Virus record (IMG/VR): IMGVR_UViG_3300042561_002062
Span: 85,525 to 149,524 of that record
Direction: 5' to 3' (one strand)
Length of the DNA stretch: 64,000 bases
DNA from: a virus
Taxonomy: Duplodnaviria > Heunggongvirae > Uroviricota > Caudoviricetes
The position numbers and the translations under genes are program-made. The notes under the pieces were generated by a model, which was given only the letters and a program-made list of their open reading frames with translations, ran no database searches and was not told the DNA's origin. Of this stretch, positions 36,739 through 46,640 are shown in pieces; position 1 is the first letter of the stretch; each line of letters begins with the position of its first letter.

Positions 36739-37146
36739 ATGTTCATCATTCCATTTCTTGTTATTTGTGTTCATTATGTAGCTGATTTTATTTTTCAAGC
36801 AGAAAAATGGGCAACTACCAAAAGTAAAAGTAACTTATCTCTATTATCACATGTGAGTGTATATTCTACTCTGTGGATATTGCCATCTTATGCTATTCTA
36901 TCAAACCTAAGACCCGGTGAAAGTAGAGAGTGGTATCTGTATAGTACTATTTTATTTTTTATCCTAACTTTCCTTTCCCATTTCATAACGGATTATATCA
37001 CTAGTAGAATTGTTTCAGAGAAGTTTTCTAGCGGAAAATACGGCAGTCCGATTCCAAATTTTGGAGCATTCTCAATAATTGGTCTAGATCAAGTTCTACA
37101 CTACGCACAACTTTTTACTACTCTTTATCTACTAACTGATAAATAA
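36739..37146 (+). CDS. membrane protein
   Basis: 4 TM segments. Confidence 0.45.
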   Translation: MFIIPFLVICVHYVADFIFQAEKWATTKSKSNLSLLSHVSVYSTLWILPSYAILSNLRPGESREWYLYSTILFFILTFLSHFITDYITSRIVSEKFSSGKYGSPIPNFGAFSIIGLDQVLHYAQLFTTLYLLTDK

Positions 37147-37174
37147 TCTTTGATCAATCTATATAATTGAAAAT

Positions 37175-37522
37175 ATGAAAAATCTAATTTTTATTTCTTC
37201 ACCATATACACACGAGGATCCTGTGGTAGTAGAAAAAAACTTTGTCCAAGTAGCAAAATTATCTGCACATTTAACTTCAAAGGGGTACGTCACCTTCTCT
37301 CCGATCGTCTATGGTCATACGCTATTGAGCTTAAGAAAGATGGATGCTGACTGGGAAACTTGGAAATCTTTCTGCTTGACTTTTCTCAAAAAATCTGAGG
37401 AGATCTGGGTCTACAAAATGGATGGGTGGAACCGATCAAGAGGTGTGGCCGAAGAAATAGAATTTGCTATCAAAAATAACATCACAATTAAATACTTAGA
37501 CAATGAACAATTTGATTTCTAA
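37175..37522 (+). CDS. nucleoside 2-deoxyribosyltransferase-fold protein (DUF4406/DUF1937-like)
   Basis: LIFISSPYTHEDP...YVTFSPIVYGH pattern of this Rossmann-like family. Confidence 0.45.
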   Translation: MKNLIFISSPYTHEDPVVVEKNFVQVAKLSAHLTSKGYVTFSPIVYGHTLLSLRKMDADWETWKSFCLTFLKKSEEIWVYKMDGWNRSRGVAEEIEFAIKNNITIKYLDNEQFDF

Positions 37523-38039
37523 AAAATTATCTTACATAGATGGCGACTTAATCAAACTTGCTAAAGAAGGCTTGTTCGATGTGATTGTTCATGGATGTAA
37601 CTGTCACTCAGTAATGGGTGCTGGAATTGCTCCACAAATGGCACAGGCGTTCGGATGTGATCGTTTTGGGATGGAAATGTGGGGGTCCGACATTAATAAA
37701 TTAGGAAACATTGACTACCAAACAGTAGTTCTAGGTGAGCACAGAATTTGGTCACTTAACGATCTAAAGAATAATCGTAACGAACCAGAGCTAACTGTGG
37801 TCAACGCATACACACAATTTAACTATGGTAGAAATCACCCAGACGGAGATGCTCATCCACTTAGCTATGAGGCACTTACTCTATGTATGAAAAAGATTAA
37901 CATGGTGTTCTGTGAAAAGCACATAGGTATGCCCAAGATTGGTTCTGGTCTTGCTGGTGGTGATTGGGATCGTATAGAACATATTATTAGCGTAGAACTT
38001 AGAGATTGTCAAGTCACTATCGTAAATTATAGACCATGA
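37503..38039 (+). CDS. macro domain protein (ADP-ribose binding/processing)
   Basis: DVIVHGCNCHSVMGAGIAPQM ... IGMPKIGSGLAGGDW aligns with macro motifs (VVNAAN..GGGV ... FPAISTGVYG). Confidence 0.6.
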   Translation: MNNLISKKLSYIDGDLIKLAKEGLFDVIVHGCNCHSVMGAGIAPQMAQAFGCDRFGMEMWGSDINKLGNIDYQTVVLGEHRIWSLNDLKNNRNEPELTVVNAYTQFNYGRNHPDGDAHPLSYEALTLCMKKINMVFCEKHIGMPKIGSGLAGGDWDRIEHIISVELRDCQVTIVNYRP

Positions 38040-38887
38040 AAAGATTCAAGATAGGTGGTGTCCCAGAACACTTTAATCTTCCCTGGAGAATGGCCATCGA
38101 AAGAGGTGAGTTCGACCAGATGAGAACAAACATTCATTGGTCAGATATGCCGGGAGGAACTGGACAAATGATCAAAGGTCTTAGGGCGGGATCAATTGAC
38201 ATCGCGGTTTTACTTACCGAAGGAATCACCAAAGCTATCTTGGAAGGTTTACCAGCAGAGATTGTTTCGGTATACGTTCAAAGCCCTCTTACTTGGGGAA
38301 TACATTCACCAGTTGGTTCGGTAAAAGAACTACGGGACTTAGAAGATTCTACATTCGCCATATCCCGAGAAGGATCGGGTTCTCATTTGATGTCGTATGT
38401 ATTAGCTGATAGAGAAGGATGGAAAGCACCGACTGATTTTGAGGTGGTTGGAGATGTTTACGGAGGTCTTTGGGCTTTAGAAAACAACAGGGCAAAAGCG
38501 TTTCTCTGGGAGCGATTTACCACCCAACCTTTCGTGGACTTGGGAAAATGTCAAAGAGTAGGTGAGATCAAAACGCCTTGGCCTAGTTTTGTGGTAGCAG
38601 CTAGATCAGAAGTACTGGAAAGAGAAGCAGATACCGTAAAAATAGTAGTTAGAAAAGTTCTAGAAACAGCACAGAAAGTAAAGAAATGGAGTATTTCTAC
38701 AAATTCACATCCTTCGTGGTCAGCTCAAGAAATCTCTTGGAGATACGGTCTGAAGATAGATCAAGCACAAATGTGGTTAGACCAAACTTTTTGGGCGGAT
38801 AAAGTAGAAGGCTTATCAGAGACTCAGTTGGTTGCCGTTAATGAAACATTAAAAAAACTAAATCTTGTTAATCATGTCACTATCTGA
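38036..38887 (+). CDS. NMT1/THI5-like periplasmic-binding-protein-fold protein (cytoplasmic; MqnA/THI5-type)
   Basis: MKRFKIGGVPEHFNLPW..., no signal peptide. Confidence 0.45.
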   Translation: MKRFKIGGVPEHFNLPWRMAIERGEFDQMRTNIHWSDMPGGTGQMIKGLRAGSIDIAVLLTEGITKAILEGLPAEIVSVYVQSPLTWGIHSPVGSVKELRDLEDSTFAISREGSGSHLMSYVLADREGWKAPTDFEVVGDVYGGLWALENNRAKAFLWERFTTQPFVDLGKCQRVGEIKTPWPSFVVAARSEVLEREADTVKIVVRKVLETAQKVKKWSISTNSHPSWSAQEISWRYGLKIDQAQMWLDQTFWADKVEGLSETQLVAVNETLKKLNLVNHVTI

Positions 38888-39083
38888 TTGTACTGAATGC
38901 TGGCAAACTCCTTGTGAGTGCGGACATGAATTCAAAAACAAAAGTCGAGACTACAAAGAACTGATGACCAAATCTATTAATGGTTTCACAATCAAAGATG
39001 TATTTTTATGGCTTGGAAAAAATGATTATCTTTCAGATGATCCCGAAACTTTGTTTGAAGAATTTATAAAAAGTCAAAAATGA
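38865..39083 (+). CDS. small Cys-containing protein
   Basis: 72-aa ORF (CTECWQTPCECGHEF). Confidence 0.35.
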   Translation: MLIMSLSDCTECWQTPCECGHEFKNKSRDYKELMTKSINGFTIKDVFLWLGKNDYLSDDPETLFEEFIKSQK

Positions 39084-39087
39084 AAAA

Positions 39088-39441
39088 ATGATCACAGAAA
39101 AATTAATAATAGTCTATTATCTCAATATGAGTAGTATGCCAAGGCAAAGGGGACAAGAAATGTTAGCTGAGTTAAGTGCAAATCTCTATCGTTCAATTGA
39201 AGAAGCACACCATATAGTTCTTCCTATAAAGGACGGGGACGGGATCACTCGAGTTGAGTGTATCAATCCCAAACTTATTACTCAAGAAGAGTATGAATCA
39301 GTCGAAGTTTTTTTGAAAAAAGCAGAAGATGCTCTTTCCAATTTTCTAGAAAAAACCAAACCTAATTTGAAAAAAGTAGAAAAAACCAAACCTACCTTCT
39401 TTGAAAAATTAACCGGAGCATTTAAAAATAGAAAATCTTAA
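39088..39441 (+). CDS. small protein, paralog of 27542..27817
   Basis: ITRVECINPKLITQEEYE block. Confidence 0.45.
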   Translation: MITEKLIIVYYLNMSSMPRQRGQEMLAELSANLYRSIEEAHHIVLPIKDGDGITRVECINPKLITQEEYESVEVFLKKAEDALSNFLEKTKPNLKKVEKTKPTFFEKLTGAFKNRKS

Positions 39442-39446
39442 AAAAA

Positions 39447-39923
39447 ATGAAAATAACTAATAAGTACGTATTTTTCTGGGATGGAATTTATTCACAATGG
39501 CACAAAGCCTTAATGGAAATTGATGGAAGCATCTATAACTCCTGTGAACAATACATGATGTATCAAAAAGCGCTTGTTTTTGGTGATGTTGAAATTGCAG
39601 ATAAAATTATGGAAGAAAGCAACCCACGAGAACAAAAGAAGTTTGGTCGTATGATTAAAAACTTTGACAAAGCTATCTGGGATTCTTGTTGTCTGGGTAT
39701 AGTATACCGCGGGAACCTAGCTAAATTCACACAAAATTCCGAACTAGGAGAGCAACTTTTAGAGACCGGCGATCGAATCTTAGTAGAAGCTTCCCCTTTG
39801 GATAAGATTTGGGGAATAGGAATGGGAGAAGAAGATCCAGGTATAGAAGATCCTTCAAATTGGAAAGGTCTAAACCTTCTAGGACAAGCTATTACTTTAG
39901 TAAAGCAGCAAATCAAAACGTAA
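39447..39923 (+). CDS. NADAR-domain protein (YbiA-like; DUF1768)
   Basis: FFWDGIYSQWH...CEQYMMYQKALVFGD...REQKKFGRMIKNFD..W...KFTQN..L...LLETGDRILVEASP.DKIWGIG: full-length NADAR signature. Confidence 0.8.
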   Translation: MKITNKYVFFWDGIYSQWHKALMEIDGSIYNSCEQYMMYQKALVFGDVEIADKIMEESNPREQKKFGRMIKNFDKAIWDSCCLGIVYRGNLAKFTQNSELGEQLLETGDRILVEASPLDKIWGIGMGEEDPGIEDPSNWKGLNLLGQAITLVKQQIKT

Positions 39924-39926
39924 AAA

Positions 39927-40418
39927 ATGAAAATCATCAAACCAACAACTCCAGACCAAGAGATCGAAAAAAATTCAATCACTGTATTTTTGGCCGGATC
40001 AATCGAAATGGGAGCTGCCGAAGACTGGCAGACAGAAATTCCAAAAGTTTTTGAAAATCAACCGGTAACATTTTTCAATCCACGAAGGGATGAATGGGAT
40101 TCTTCTTGGAAACAAGAACAGTCAAATCCACAGTTCAATCATCAAGTCAATTGGGAGATGAATAAGTTAGAGGAATGCGACCTAATATTCATGTATTTTT
40201 CACCAGAGACGAAAAGTCCAATCTCTCTATTGGAACTTGGAATTCACGCCAAAGATTACAAAACGATCGTGTGCTGTCCTGATGGTTTCTGGAGAAAAGG
40301 TAACGTAGAGATTACCTGCACTCGTCACCACATACCTATGTTCAATACGATGAAAGAAGCCGTCGGCGCTTTAAGAACGGCGATATCGGCGAAAAAAAGA
40401 ATTACCCATTTTTTCTAA
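39927..40418 (+). CDS. nucleoside 2-deoxyribosyltransferase-like protein
   Basis: VFLAGSIEMG...DLIFMYFSPE..SLLELG pattern (PF05014-like). Confidence 0.5.
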   Translation: MKIIKPTTPDQEIEKNSITVFLAGSIEMGAAEDWQTEIPKVFENQPVTFFNPRRDEWDSSWKQEQSNPQFNHQVNWEMNKLEECDLIFMYFSPETKSPISLLELGIHAKDYKTIVCCPDGFWRKGNVEITCTRHHIPMFNTMKEAVGALRTAISAKKRITHFF

Positions 40419-40471
40419 AACTATTTTTATCTGGATATTTTTTCTTAATTTTACAAAAAACAAAAACTAAA

Positions 40472-41950
40472 ATGAACCCACTACTTCTTACCGATGGATA
40501 TAAGACAGGCCATCACCAACAATACCCAAGGGGCACAACACTTGTCTATTCTAACTTTACCCCACGATCGAACAAATACGGCCCGAAAGGTTGTGACAAG
40601 GTCGTTTCATTTGGTCAACAAATGGTCATGCAACAACTACACGAAGTTTTTCAAAGAGATTTCTTCTCTAGACCAAAAGATCAAGTATGTGGTGAGATGA
40701 AACAAGAACTCTCGATGTATCTAGGTATAGACTACGATGTTAGCCACTTTGAAGCACTGCACGATCTAGGCTATTTGCCTATCGCAGTTCAGGCGCTCTC
40801 TGAAGGAACGCTGGTTCCTATCAAGGTTCCAGTGTTGACGATCTACAACACTCACCCAGATTTCTACTGGCTGACCAACTACCTGGAGACTATTTTGTCT
40901 AATTTGATGTGGAAACCTATGACAAGCGCAACCATCGCCCACCAGTACAGAAAAGTTCTGACCAAGTGGATGGAAAAGACCGACAAGGAAAACGCCTGGT
41001 TTATTGATTGGCAAGGGCACGACTTCTCTATGAGAGGTATGGACTCTGCCGAAGCGGTAATCTCTTCTGGCTTGGGTCACCTTACATCTTTCTCTGGAAC
41101 CGACTCGCTGCCTGCTATTCACGGAGCCCGCAAGTATTACGGTGCTGAAGGTTTCGTCGCCGGTTCGGTGCCTGCAACCGAGCACTCGGTAATGTGTGCT
41201 GGAGGCAAGGAAGATGAAGAATCCACCTTCCGCCGCTTGCTAGAGACTTACCCCAAAGGAATTCTTTCGGTTGTATCTGATACTTGGGATCTCTGGAGAG
41301 TATGTACTCAACACGTGGTGGCTCTGAAAGAAGAGATCTTAGCCCGTGATGGTAAGTTGGTTATCCGTCCTGACTCAGGCGACCCAGCTGATATTCTTTG
41401 TGGATTAAATACTCGCTCTAAATTGGTAAGTTTGGTAGATGAAGATCATCCCTCATATAAAGGAGTTATTGAATTACTTTGGGATGTATTCGGAGGAACT
41501 GTAAACGAACAAGGTTACAAAGTTCTTGACCCACATATCGGAGCAATCTATGGTGATTCTATCACAATCGAAAGAGCCGACGAAATCTGCAAACGTTTGG
41601 AAGCCAAAGGATTCGCATCAACCAACGTGGTACTAGGTATCGGTTCATTCACTTACCAGTTCAATACTCGTGATACATTTGGTTTCGCTATGAAGGCAAC
41701 CTACTGCGAGATTAACGGTCAAGGCCAAGAGATATTCAAAGATCCTATCACGGACGATGGTACCAAAAAATCTGCAACCGGCTTGCTCTGCGTGACCAGA
41801 GACGAGTACAGCGGAGAGTACATGCTGACGGACCGAGTTGATTGGACAACCGCTCAATCAGGTGATCTCAAAACAATTTACCGTGACGGATCGTTTGAGA
41901 ACACAACTACTCTATCCCAAATACGGGAAAACTTAAAGAAAGACCTATAA
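40472..41950 (+). CDS. nadV: nicotinamide phosphoribosyltransferase family protein (NAMPT/NadV, or the homologous Namat)
   Basis: 492 aa; MNPLLLTDGYKTGHHQQYP, GHDFSMRG, GTDS, RPDSGDP: NAMPT family hallmarks. Confidence 0.8.
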   Translation: MNPLLLTDGYKTGHHQQYPRGTTLVYSNFTPRSNKYGPKGCDKVVSFGQQMVMQQLHEVFQRDFFSRPKDQVCGEMKQELSMYLGIDYDVSHFEALHDLGYLPIAVQALSEGTLVPIKVPVLTIYNTHPDFYWLTNYLETILSNLMWKPMTSATIAHQYRKVLTKWMEKTDKENAWFIDWQGHDFSMRGMDSAEAVISSGLGHLTSFSGTDSLPAIHGARKYYGAEGFVAGSVPATEHSVMCAGGKEDEESTFRRLLETYPKGILSVVSDTWDLWRVCTQHVVALKEEILARDGKLVIRPDSGDPADILCGLNTRSKLVSLVDEDHPSYKGVIELLWDVFGGTVNEQGYKVLDPHIGAIYGDSITIERADEICKRLEAKGFASTNVVLGIGSFTYQFNTRDTFGFAMKATYCEINGQGQEIFKDPITDDGTKKSATGLLCVTRDEYSGEYMLTDRVDWTTAQSGDLKTIYRDGSFENTTTLSQIRENLKKDL

Positions 41951-42852
41951 TGCCAAAGGAACCAATATCAATCAAAGGAGGGCTGCTAGAAACAGTAACC
42001 CACCGTCAAGTGACTAGACCAGATGTAAGGTTAAATTATTTCGAAAACAAAAAAATACCTACAATATCGGAAAATCCATCTCTATTTGATAGAATATCTT
42101 TTGATATCAAGGAGATGAGTTTTTCGGTTGAAAATCACTTAGTGACTACCAATATTCCCAAAAAAACAATAACTGATGTTATTCCGTCTGATTATTTAGC
42201 AAAAGCTACTATTTCGGCCCTATATCAAAAGATGTTAATTGGAACAGAAAAAAGATTGTTTGAAAAATATTCTAAAGTTGCATGGGATAATTATCAAAAG
42301 GGAGTTTCTAAGTGGCAGAAATTCATTCTGTCTCTACTGAAAATGAAAAAATATACCTATGTTGGCAACTCACCCTCTTCACTTCGAGAAAGGATCTACA
42401 TATTATCGAATAAAATATTTGCCTCGACCAACACATCACCGGGTAATTTTGTTATACTGCCACATGGGTTACTTACACTACTAGAAGAAAATCCAAGTCT
42501 TGAATACATAAATCCACAATCAGCAGGTCGTATTCTTGATTTACCAAACTCCAGGTTTGTAAAAAGGGGACGAGTAGGTAATATTTCTGTATACCACGAC
42601 ACTTACGCTAAATGGGATTCACATGATGTGATAGTCGGAAAAACTAGTGAAGGTCACGGCCACCCCGGTATTTATTTTTGTGAGTATTCAAATGAATATC
42701 AAAGTACAGAAGATCACTTATCTCTTGGAATGAAAGTTGGATTAATATCTAAAAACGTATTAGCGGATGTTGGTGACTTGTCAGGTATGTATATAGCAGA
42801 CAAAATTTCAACTAAAGTTAAACCTTGGTGGATGAAAATTCTAGGAATCTAA
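41950..42852 (+). CDS. hypothetical protein
   Basis: 300-aa ORF; ATG overlaps the upstream stop. Confidence 0.4.
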   Translation: MPKEPISIKGGLLETVTHRQVTRPDVRLNYFENKKIPTISENPSLFDRISFDIKEMSFSVENHLVTTNIPKKTITDVIPSDYLAKATISALYQKMLIGTEKRLFEKYSKVAWDNYQKGVSKWQKFILSLLKMKKYTYVGNSPSSLRERIYILSNKIFASTNTSPGNFVILPHGLLTLLEENPSLEYINPQSAGRILDLPNSRFVKRGRVGNISVYHDTYAKWDSHDVIVGKTSEGHGHPGIYFCEYSNEYQSTEDHLSLGMKVGLISKNVLADVGDLSGMYIADKISTKVKPWWMKILGI

Positions 42853-43142
42853 ACAAAACATATATGTCAAAATACAAACCAATAGAAATCACCCCGAAAG
42901 AAAAAGCCGAACAGCTTATAACTTCGGTCATGTTCAGTAAAAGGCAATCTATAGATTACTATGATGGTATTCTAAAACCTTTGCCAACTAATCTCTACTA
43001 CAAAGAATGTGCTCTAGCAATCGTAAGTGAAATATTTCAGTTTATGAAAGATGATGATGAAGAATCTGAAACTTGTTACTGGGCAAATCACCCCAAAACA
43101 TCATTTTGGGTTCAGGTAGAAAGAGAAATTAAAAATATGTAA
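42825..43142 (+). CDS. hypothetical protein
   Basis: 105-aa ORF. Confidence 0.35.
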   Translation: MVDENSRNLNKTYMSKYKPIEITPKEKAEQLITSVMFSKRQSIDYYDGILKPLPTNLYYKECALAIVSEIFQFMKDDDEESETCYWANHPKTSFWVQVEREIKNM

Positions 43143-43146
43143 AACT

Positions 43147-43452
43147 ATGAACAAAGTAATTAGAGATGGTAAAGTAGCAGTTCTTATTTCACGTGGATGG
43201 GGAGCTGGATTTTATACTTGGGGTGCTCCTCTTGAAGCAATATTTGACCCAAAGTTAGTAGAGTTGGTTGAATCAGAAGATTTTGATGGTGCGGTAAAGT
43301 ATGTTGAAACCACTTATTCGGATGTCTATACCGGTGGAGTTGGAAATTTACAAATAGCATGGATAGATGAAGGTGAAGAATTCACAATTGAAGAATATGA
43401 TGGAAATGAAAGTATTCAATTTAAAAGCGAAACATCATGGATCACCGCCTAA
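43147..43452 (+). CDS. hypothetical protein
   Basis: 101-aa ORF. Confidence 0.35.
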   Translation: MNKVIRDGKVAVLISRGWGAGFYTWGAPLEAIFDPKLVELVESEDFDGAVKYVETTYSDVYTGGVGNLQIAWIDEGEEFTIEEYDGNESIQFKSETSWITA

Positions 43453-43525
43453 AAAAATATATAAAATTGAAAGAACAATTAGCCTTCATTGGAACTTATT
43501 TACGATATAAAATCTGGAAACCTCT

Positions 43526-44107
43526 TTGACTATGAAACCAGATCCAAAATTAATTGACTCCATGGCCATGCGATATAGACATGATTTCGGTCTTTTAGAT
43601 CGAAACGAACAAGATTCTATTCGAACAACGATGACACAACTCTGGGAAGAAGTTGCCGGTATCGGGTTTTACAAAATTAATAAAACAAATAATATGAACA
43701 AGATTGAAAGAGCAATTAGTGATATCAAATCACACATCAAATCACTTGATAGTGATATTTTGGCACTAGAAACCGAAAGAAAATCATTCAAAAAACAATT
43801 GGATGCTCTGGAAAGAATTCGAGATGATAATTCTATTCCACACGATGAAAATACTCAAAGTTGGGAAAAAAATTATCCAGGTGGATTCAGTATAAGTTCA
43901 GAACCTGATGAAGTTCCTTATGCGGTCATATGTCCTTGTAACCCAGCAAATGGTGGAAGTGGTATTTGTGGTTGTACTATGGGTAATCAAATGGTTTCTA
44001 ATATAAAAAAATACGTACAGCCAATAACCATAGTCAAAACCACTACAGATACTCACATTGGCATGCCGAATGGAAATGTAACTCCCACTAATTCAAAAAA
44101 AAACTAA
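43526..44107 (+). CDS. hypothetical protein with coiled-coil and Cys-rich tail
   Basis: 193-aa ORF. Confidence 0.4.
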   Translation: MTMKPDPKLIDSMAMRYRHDFGLLDRNEQDSIRTTMTQLWEEVAGIGFYKINKTNNMNKIERAISDIKSHIKSLDSDILALETERKSFKKQLDALERIRDDNSIPHDENTQSWEKNYPGGFSISSEPDEVPYAVICPCNPANGGSGICGCTMGNQMVSNIKKYVQPITIVKTTTDTHIGMPNGNVTPTNSKKN

Positions 44108-44160
44108 ATATTTAAAAAAATATCCGTAACTTTGTTCCAATAATCAAATATATAATCTAT

Positions 44161-44781
44161 ATGTCAGGAATGAAGGTATTATTTTTAGATCATGATGGTG
44201 TAATTTGTCTATATAAAAACTGGGCAAGTCGAACCAAAAAAAGAGCTCAGTGGAGAAGACTCTTTCCTACAGCCTATGCTAATGACGAAAGAGTTCCTGT
44301 CAAGTGGAGATTTGATGATTTTGATTCCGGTGCAATTAAAGTTCTAAATCAGATAATAGAAGAAACCGGATGCGAGATTGTTGTAAGTAGTGATTGGAGA
44401 AGAAATTCTAGTCTTGAAGAGATGGGAGAATACTACCAGTTACATGGCATATTAAAAAGACCCATAGATTTTACTCCAGTTTTTGACCCGAATTGGAGAA
44501 GAGATGGTTTTTTGCCAGGATCGAAAGAATTTCCATGGTCAAGAACTTATGAACTAGAACAAGAAAGATATTTCGAGATCTTGAAATGGTTATCTCTTCA
44601 TCCAGAGGTTAGTAACTATTGTGTAGTAGATGATCTTGATATGGGAAATACTTGGAAAGATTACTCTGGTGAAGGTAAGCGCGATTGGGGATTTCAAAAC
44701 TACGTAAGAACCCCTCTTTCAACCGAGGGAATAAAACAGCTAGGAATAGCACAAAAAATAATAAACATTCTAAATAATTAA
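44161..44781 (+). CDS. HAD-like phosphatase (candidate polynucleotide 3'-phosphatase)
   Basis: VLFLDHDGVI (DxDxV motif I); directly upstream of an RNA ligase. Confidence 0.5.
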   Translation: MSGMKVLFLDHDGVICLYKNWASRTKKRAQWRRLFPTAYANDERVPVKWRFDDFDSGAIKVLNQIIEETGCEIVVSSDWRRNSSLEEMGEYYQLHGILKRPIDFTPVFDPNWRRDGFLPGSKEFPWSRTYELEQERYFEILKWLSLHPEVSNYCVVDDLDMGNTWKDYSGEGKRDWGFQNYVRTPLSTEGIKQLGIAQKIINILNN

Positions 44782-44784
44782 ATT

Positions 44785-45807
44785 ATGGAAAGAAAACTAG
44801 CAACTTTAAGAAGAATAAAAAAACTGATGCCTATTGAAGGAGCAGATGCCATAGAACTAGCTCTTGTGGATGGATGGCAAGTTGTAGTAGCAAAAAATGT
44901 TGGATATCGTCAGGGAGATCTAGTTATCTACTGCGAGATAGATTCTTTTTTACCGATTAGAGAAGAGTTTGAATTTTTACGTAGAACATCTTATAAAAAA
45001 ATGGCAGATAGGGAAGGATTTCTTCTTAAAACTATTCGGCTACGCGGTCAAATTTCTCAAGGTTTGATACTTCCTATTACCGTTCTAGGTGATGATACAT
45101 CTGGATTATACGAAGGTATGGATGTTACTGAAAAATTAGGTATCGTTAAATACGAAGCACCAATACCTGCATCTTTACAAGGAAAGGTTAAGGGTAATTT
45201 TCCATCATTTATTCCTAAAACAGACGAAGAAAGAGTTCAGAATCTAGAAAAAGAATACAATGAACTAAAATTCAGTTCTAAACATCAACTTTACGTAACT
45301 GAAAAATTAGATGGTTCTTCTTATACGGTCTATCTTAATCGTGGTGAATTTGGTGTTTGCTCACGAAATCTTGAACTATTAGAAACAGAGGATAACACCT
45401 ATTGGAAAGTAACCAGAGATCTTAAAATAGAAGAAAAGTTAAGATCACTTGGTAGAAATATATCTCTACAAGGTGAGCTTATTGGTGAAGGTATCCAAGG
45501 AAATCCATACAAACTTCGTGGGCAGACAGTAAAGTTTTTCACCGGATATGATATAGATAGAGGGCAGCGTATTGGTATTCGTGATTTTTTAAATTTACTT
45601 AAAAATCTTGGGCTTGAAAGTGTTCCGGTTCTTCAAATGGGTGATTTTACCCTACCGGAAACTGTATCAGATATGCTAAAATGGGCAGAAGGTCCGTCGG
45701 TTCTTAATCCGAACTTTCCAAGAGAAGGTGTAGTAGTCCGTAGTCTTGATGGAACTGTCTCTTTCAAAGCTATATCAAATCAATTTCTTCTAAAAACAGG
45801 TGGTTAA
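44785..45807 (+). CDS. ATP-dependent RNA ligase (KxDG)
   Basis: VTEKLDGSSY motif I, 340 aa. Confidence 0.65.
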   Translation: MERKLATLRRIKKLMPIEGADAIELALVDGWQVVVAKNVGYRQGDLVIYCEIDSFLPIREEFEFLRRTSYKKMADREGFLLKTIRLRGQISQGLILPITVLGDDTSGLYEGMDVTEKLGIVKYEAPIPASLQGKVKGNFPSFIPKTDEERVQNLEKEYNELKFSSKHQLYVTEKLDGSSYTVYLNRGEFGVCSRNLELLETEDNTYWKVTRDLKIEEKLRSLGRNISLQGELIGEGIQGNPYKLRGQTVKFFTGYDIDRGQRIGIRDFLNLLKNLGLESVPVLQMGDFTLPETVSDMLKWAEGPSVLNPNFPREGVVVRSLDGTVSFKAISNQFLLKTGG

Positions 45808-45819
45808 ACAAAAAAAAAT

Positions 45820-46464
45820 ATGAAAAACATTTATCTGGATGATCAGAGAACACCCCATAATCATCACATGGATTGGGTTGTTGTTAGAAATTACGAACAA
45901 TTCATCGCAGCGGTCGATGCGATCGGACTAGAAAACATTGGACTGATGTCTCTTGATCACGATCTAGGACCATCAGCTATTAGGGAATGGGATCGTAACG
46001 TTCTTAAAAATTATCGTATAGACTACGAAAATATTACCGAAAAAACAGGACTTGATGTAGCAAAATGGATAGTCGATCAGTGGAAATCAGGAAGTCCTGT
46101 GTGTAGAGTTATGATACACTCTTCGAACTGCATTGGTTCAGCAAATATGATGGGTATAATTAATAATTATAAGCACCTTAATAGATTACCACAAGATTGT
46201 AAAAGGTGGGTAGTACCTTTCACACACGAAGATTATCCTGGAGCCACCCCACCTCAAATTTTAGCTGAGCAGCTCCTTAGAAAACTCACGATGTACAAGG
46301 ACTACCCGATAGATTATCTAACTGGACAAGTAGCTAAAACATCTACTTTAAATAATAGTACAGAAGTTATTTTGATGCTGGAAAGTTTCATAGATCTTTT
46401 GGGTGACTACAGCAAAGATGACCTAAAAAAAGTAGTAGATCATATTAAAACTTTGGATATTTGA
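45820..46464 (+). CDS. CPPR-like domain protein (paralog of 19688..20137)
   Basis: IYLDDQRTP..WVVVRNYEQF..SLDHDLGP shared with paralog. Confidence 0.55.
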   Translation: MKNIYLDDQRTPHNHHMDWVVVRNYEQFIAAVDAIGLENIGLMSLDHDLGPSAIREWDRNVLKNYRIDYENITEKTGLDVAKWIVDQWKSGSPVCRVMIHSSNCIGSANMMGIINNYKHLNRLPQDCKRWVVPFTHEDYPGATPPQILAEQLLRKLTMYKDYPIDYLTGQVAKTSTLNNSTEVILMLESFIDLLGDYSKDDLKKVVDHIKTLDI

Positions 46465-46640
46465 TAACTATAAGTTCAATGTCCATAGCTATCTTAATTC
46501 TTCTTTTTGCTACTACTATTTTATCTTATTTTTGGATTAGAGGTATTGATTTTATGAAAGAAAACCATCCGGATTATCGTGGAGAAGACCTTTTTGATGA
46601 AGAAGATGATATAAATGTTCGTTAAACAAAAATTAAAATT

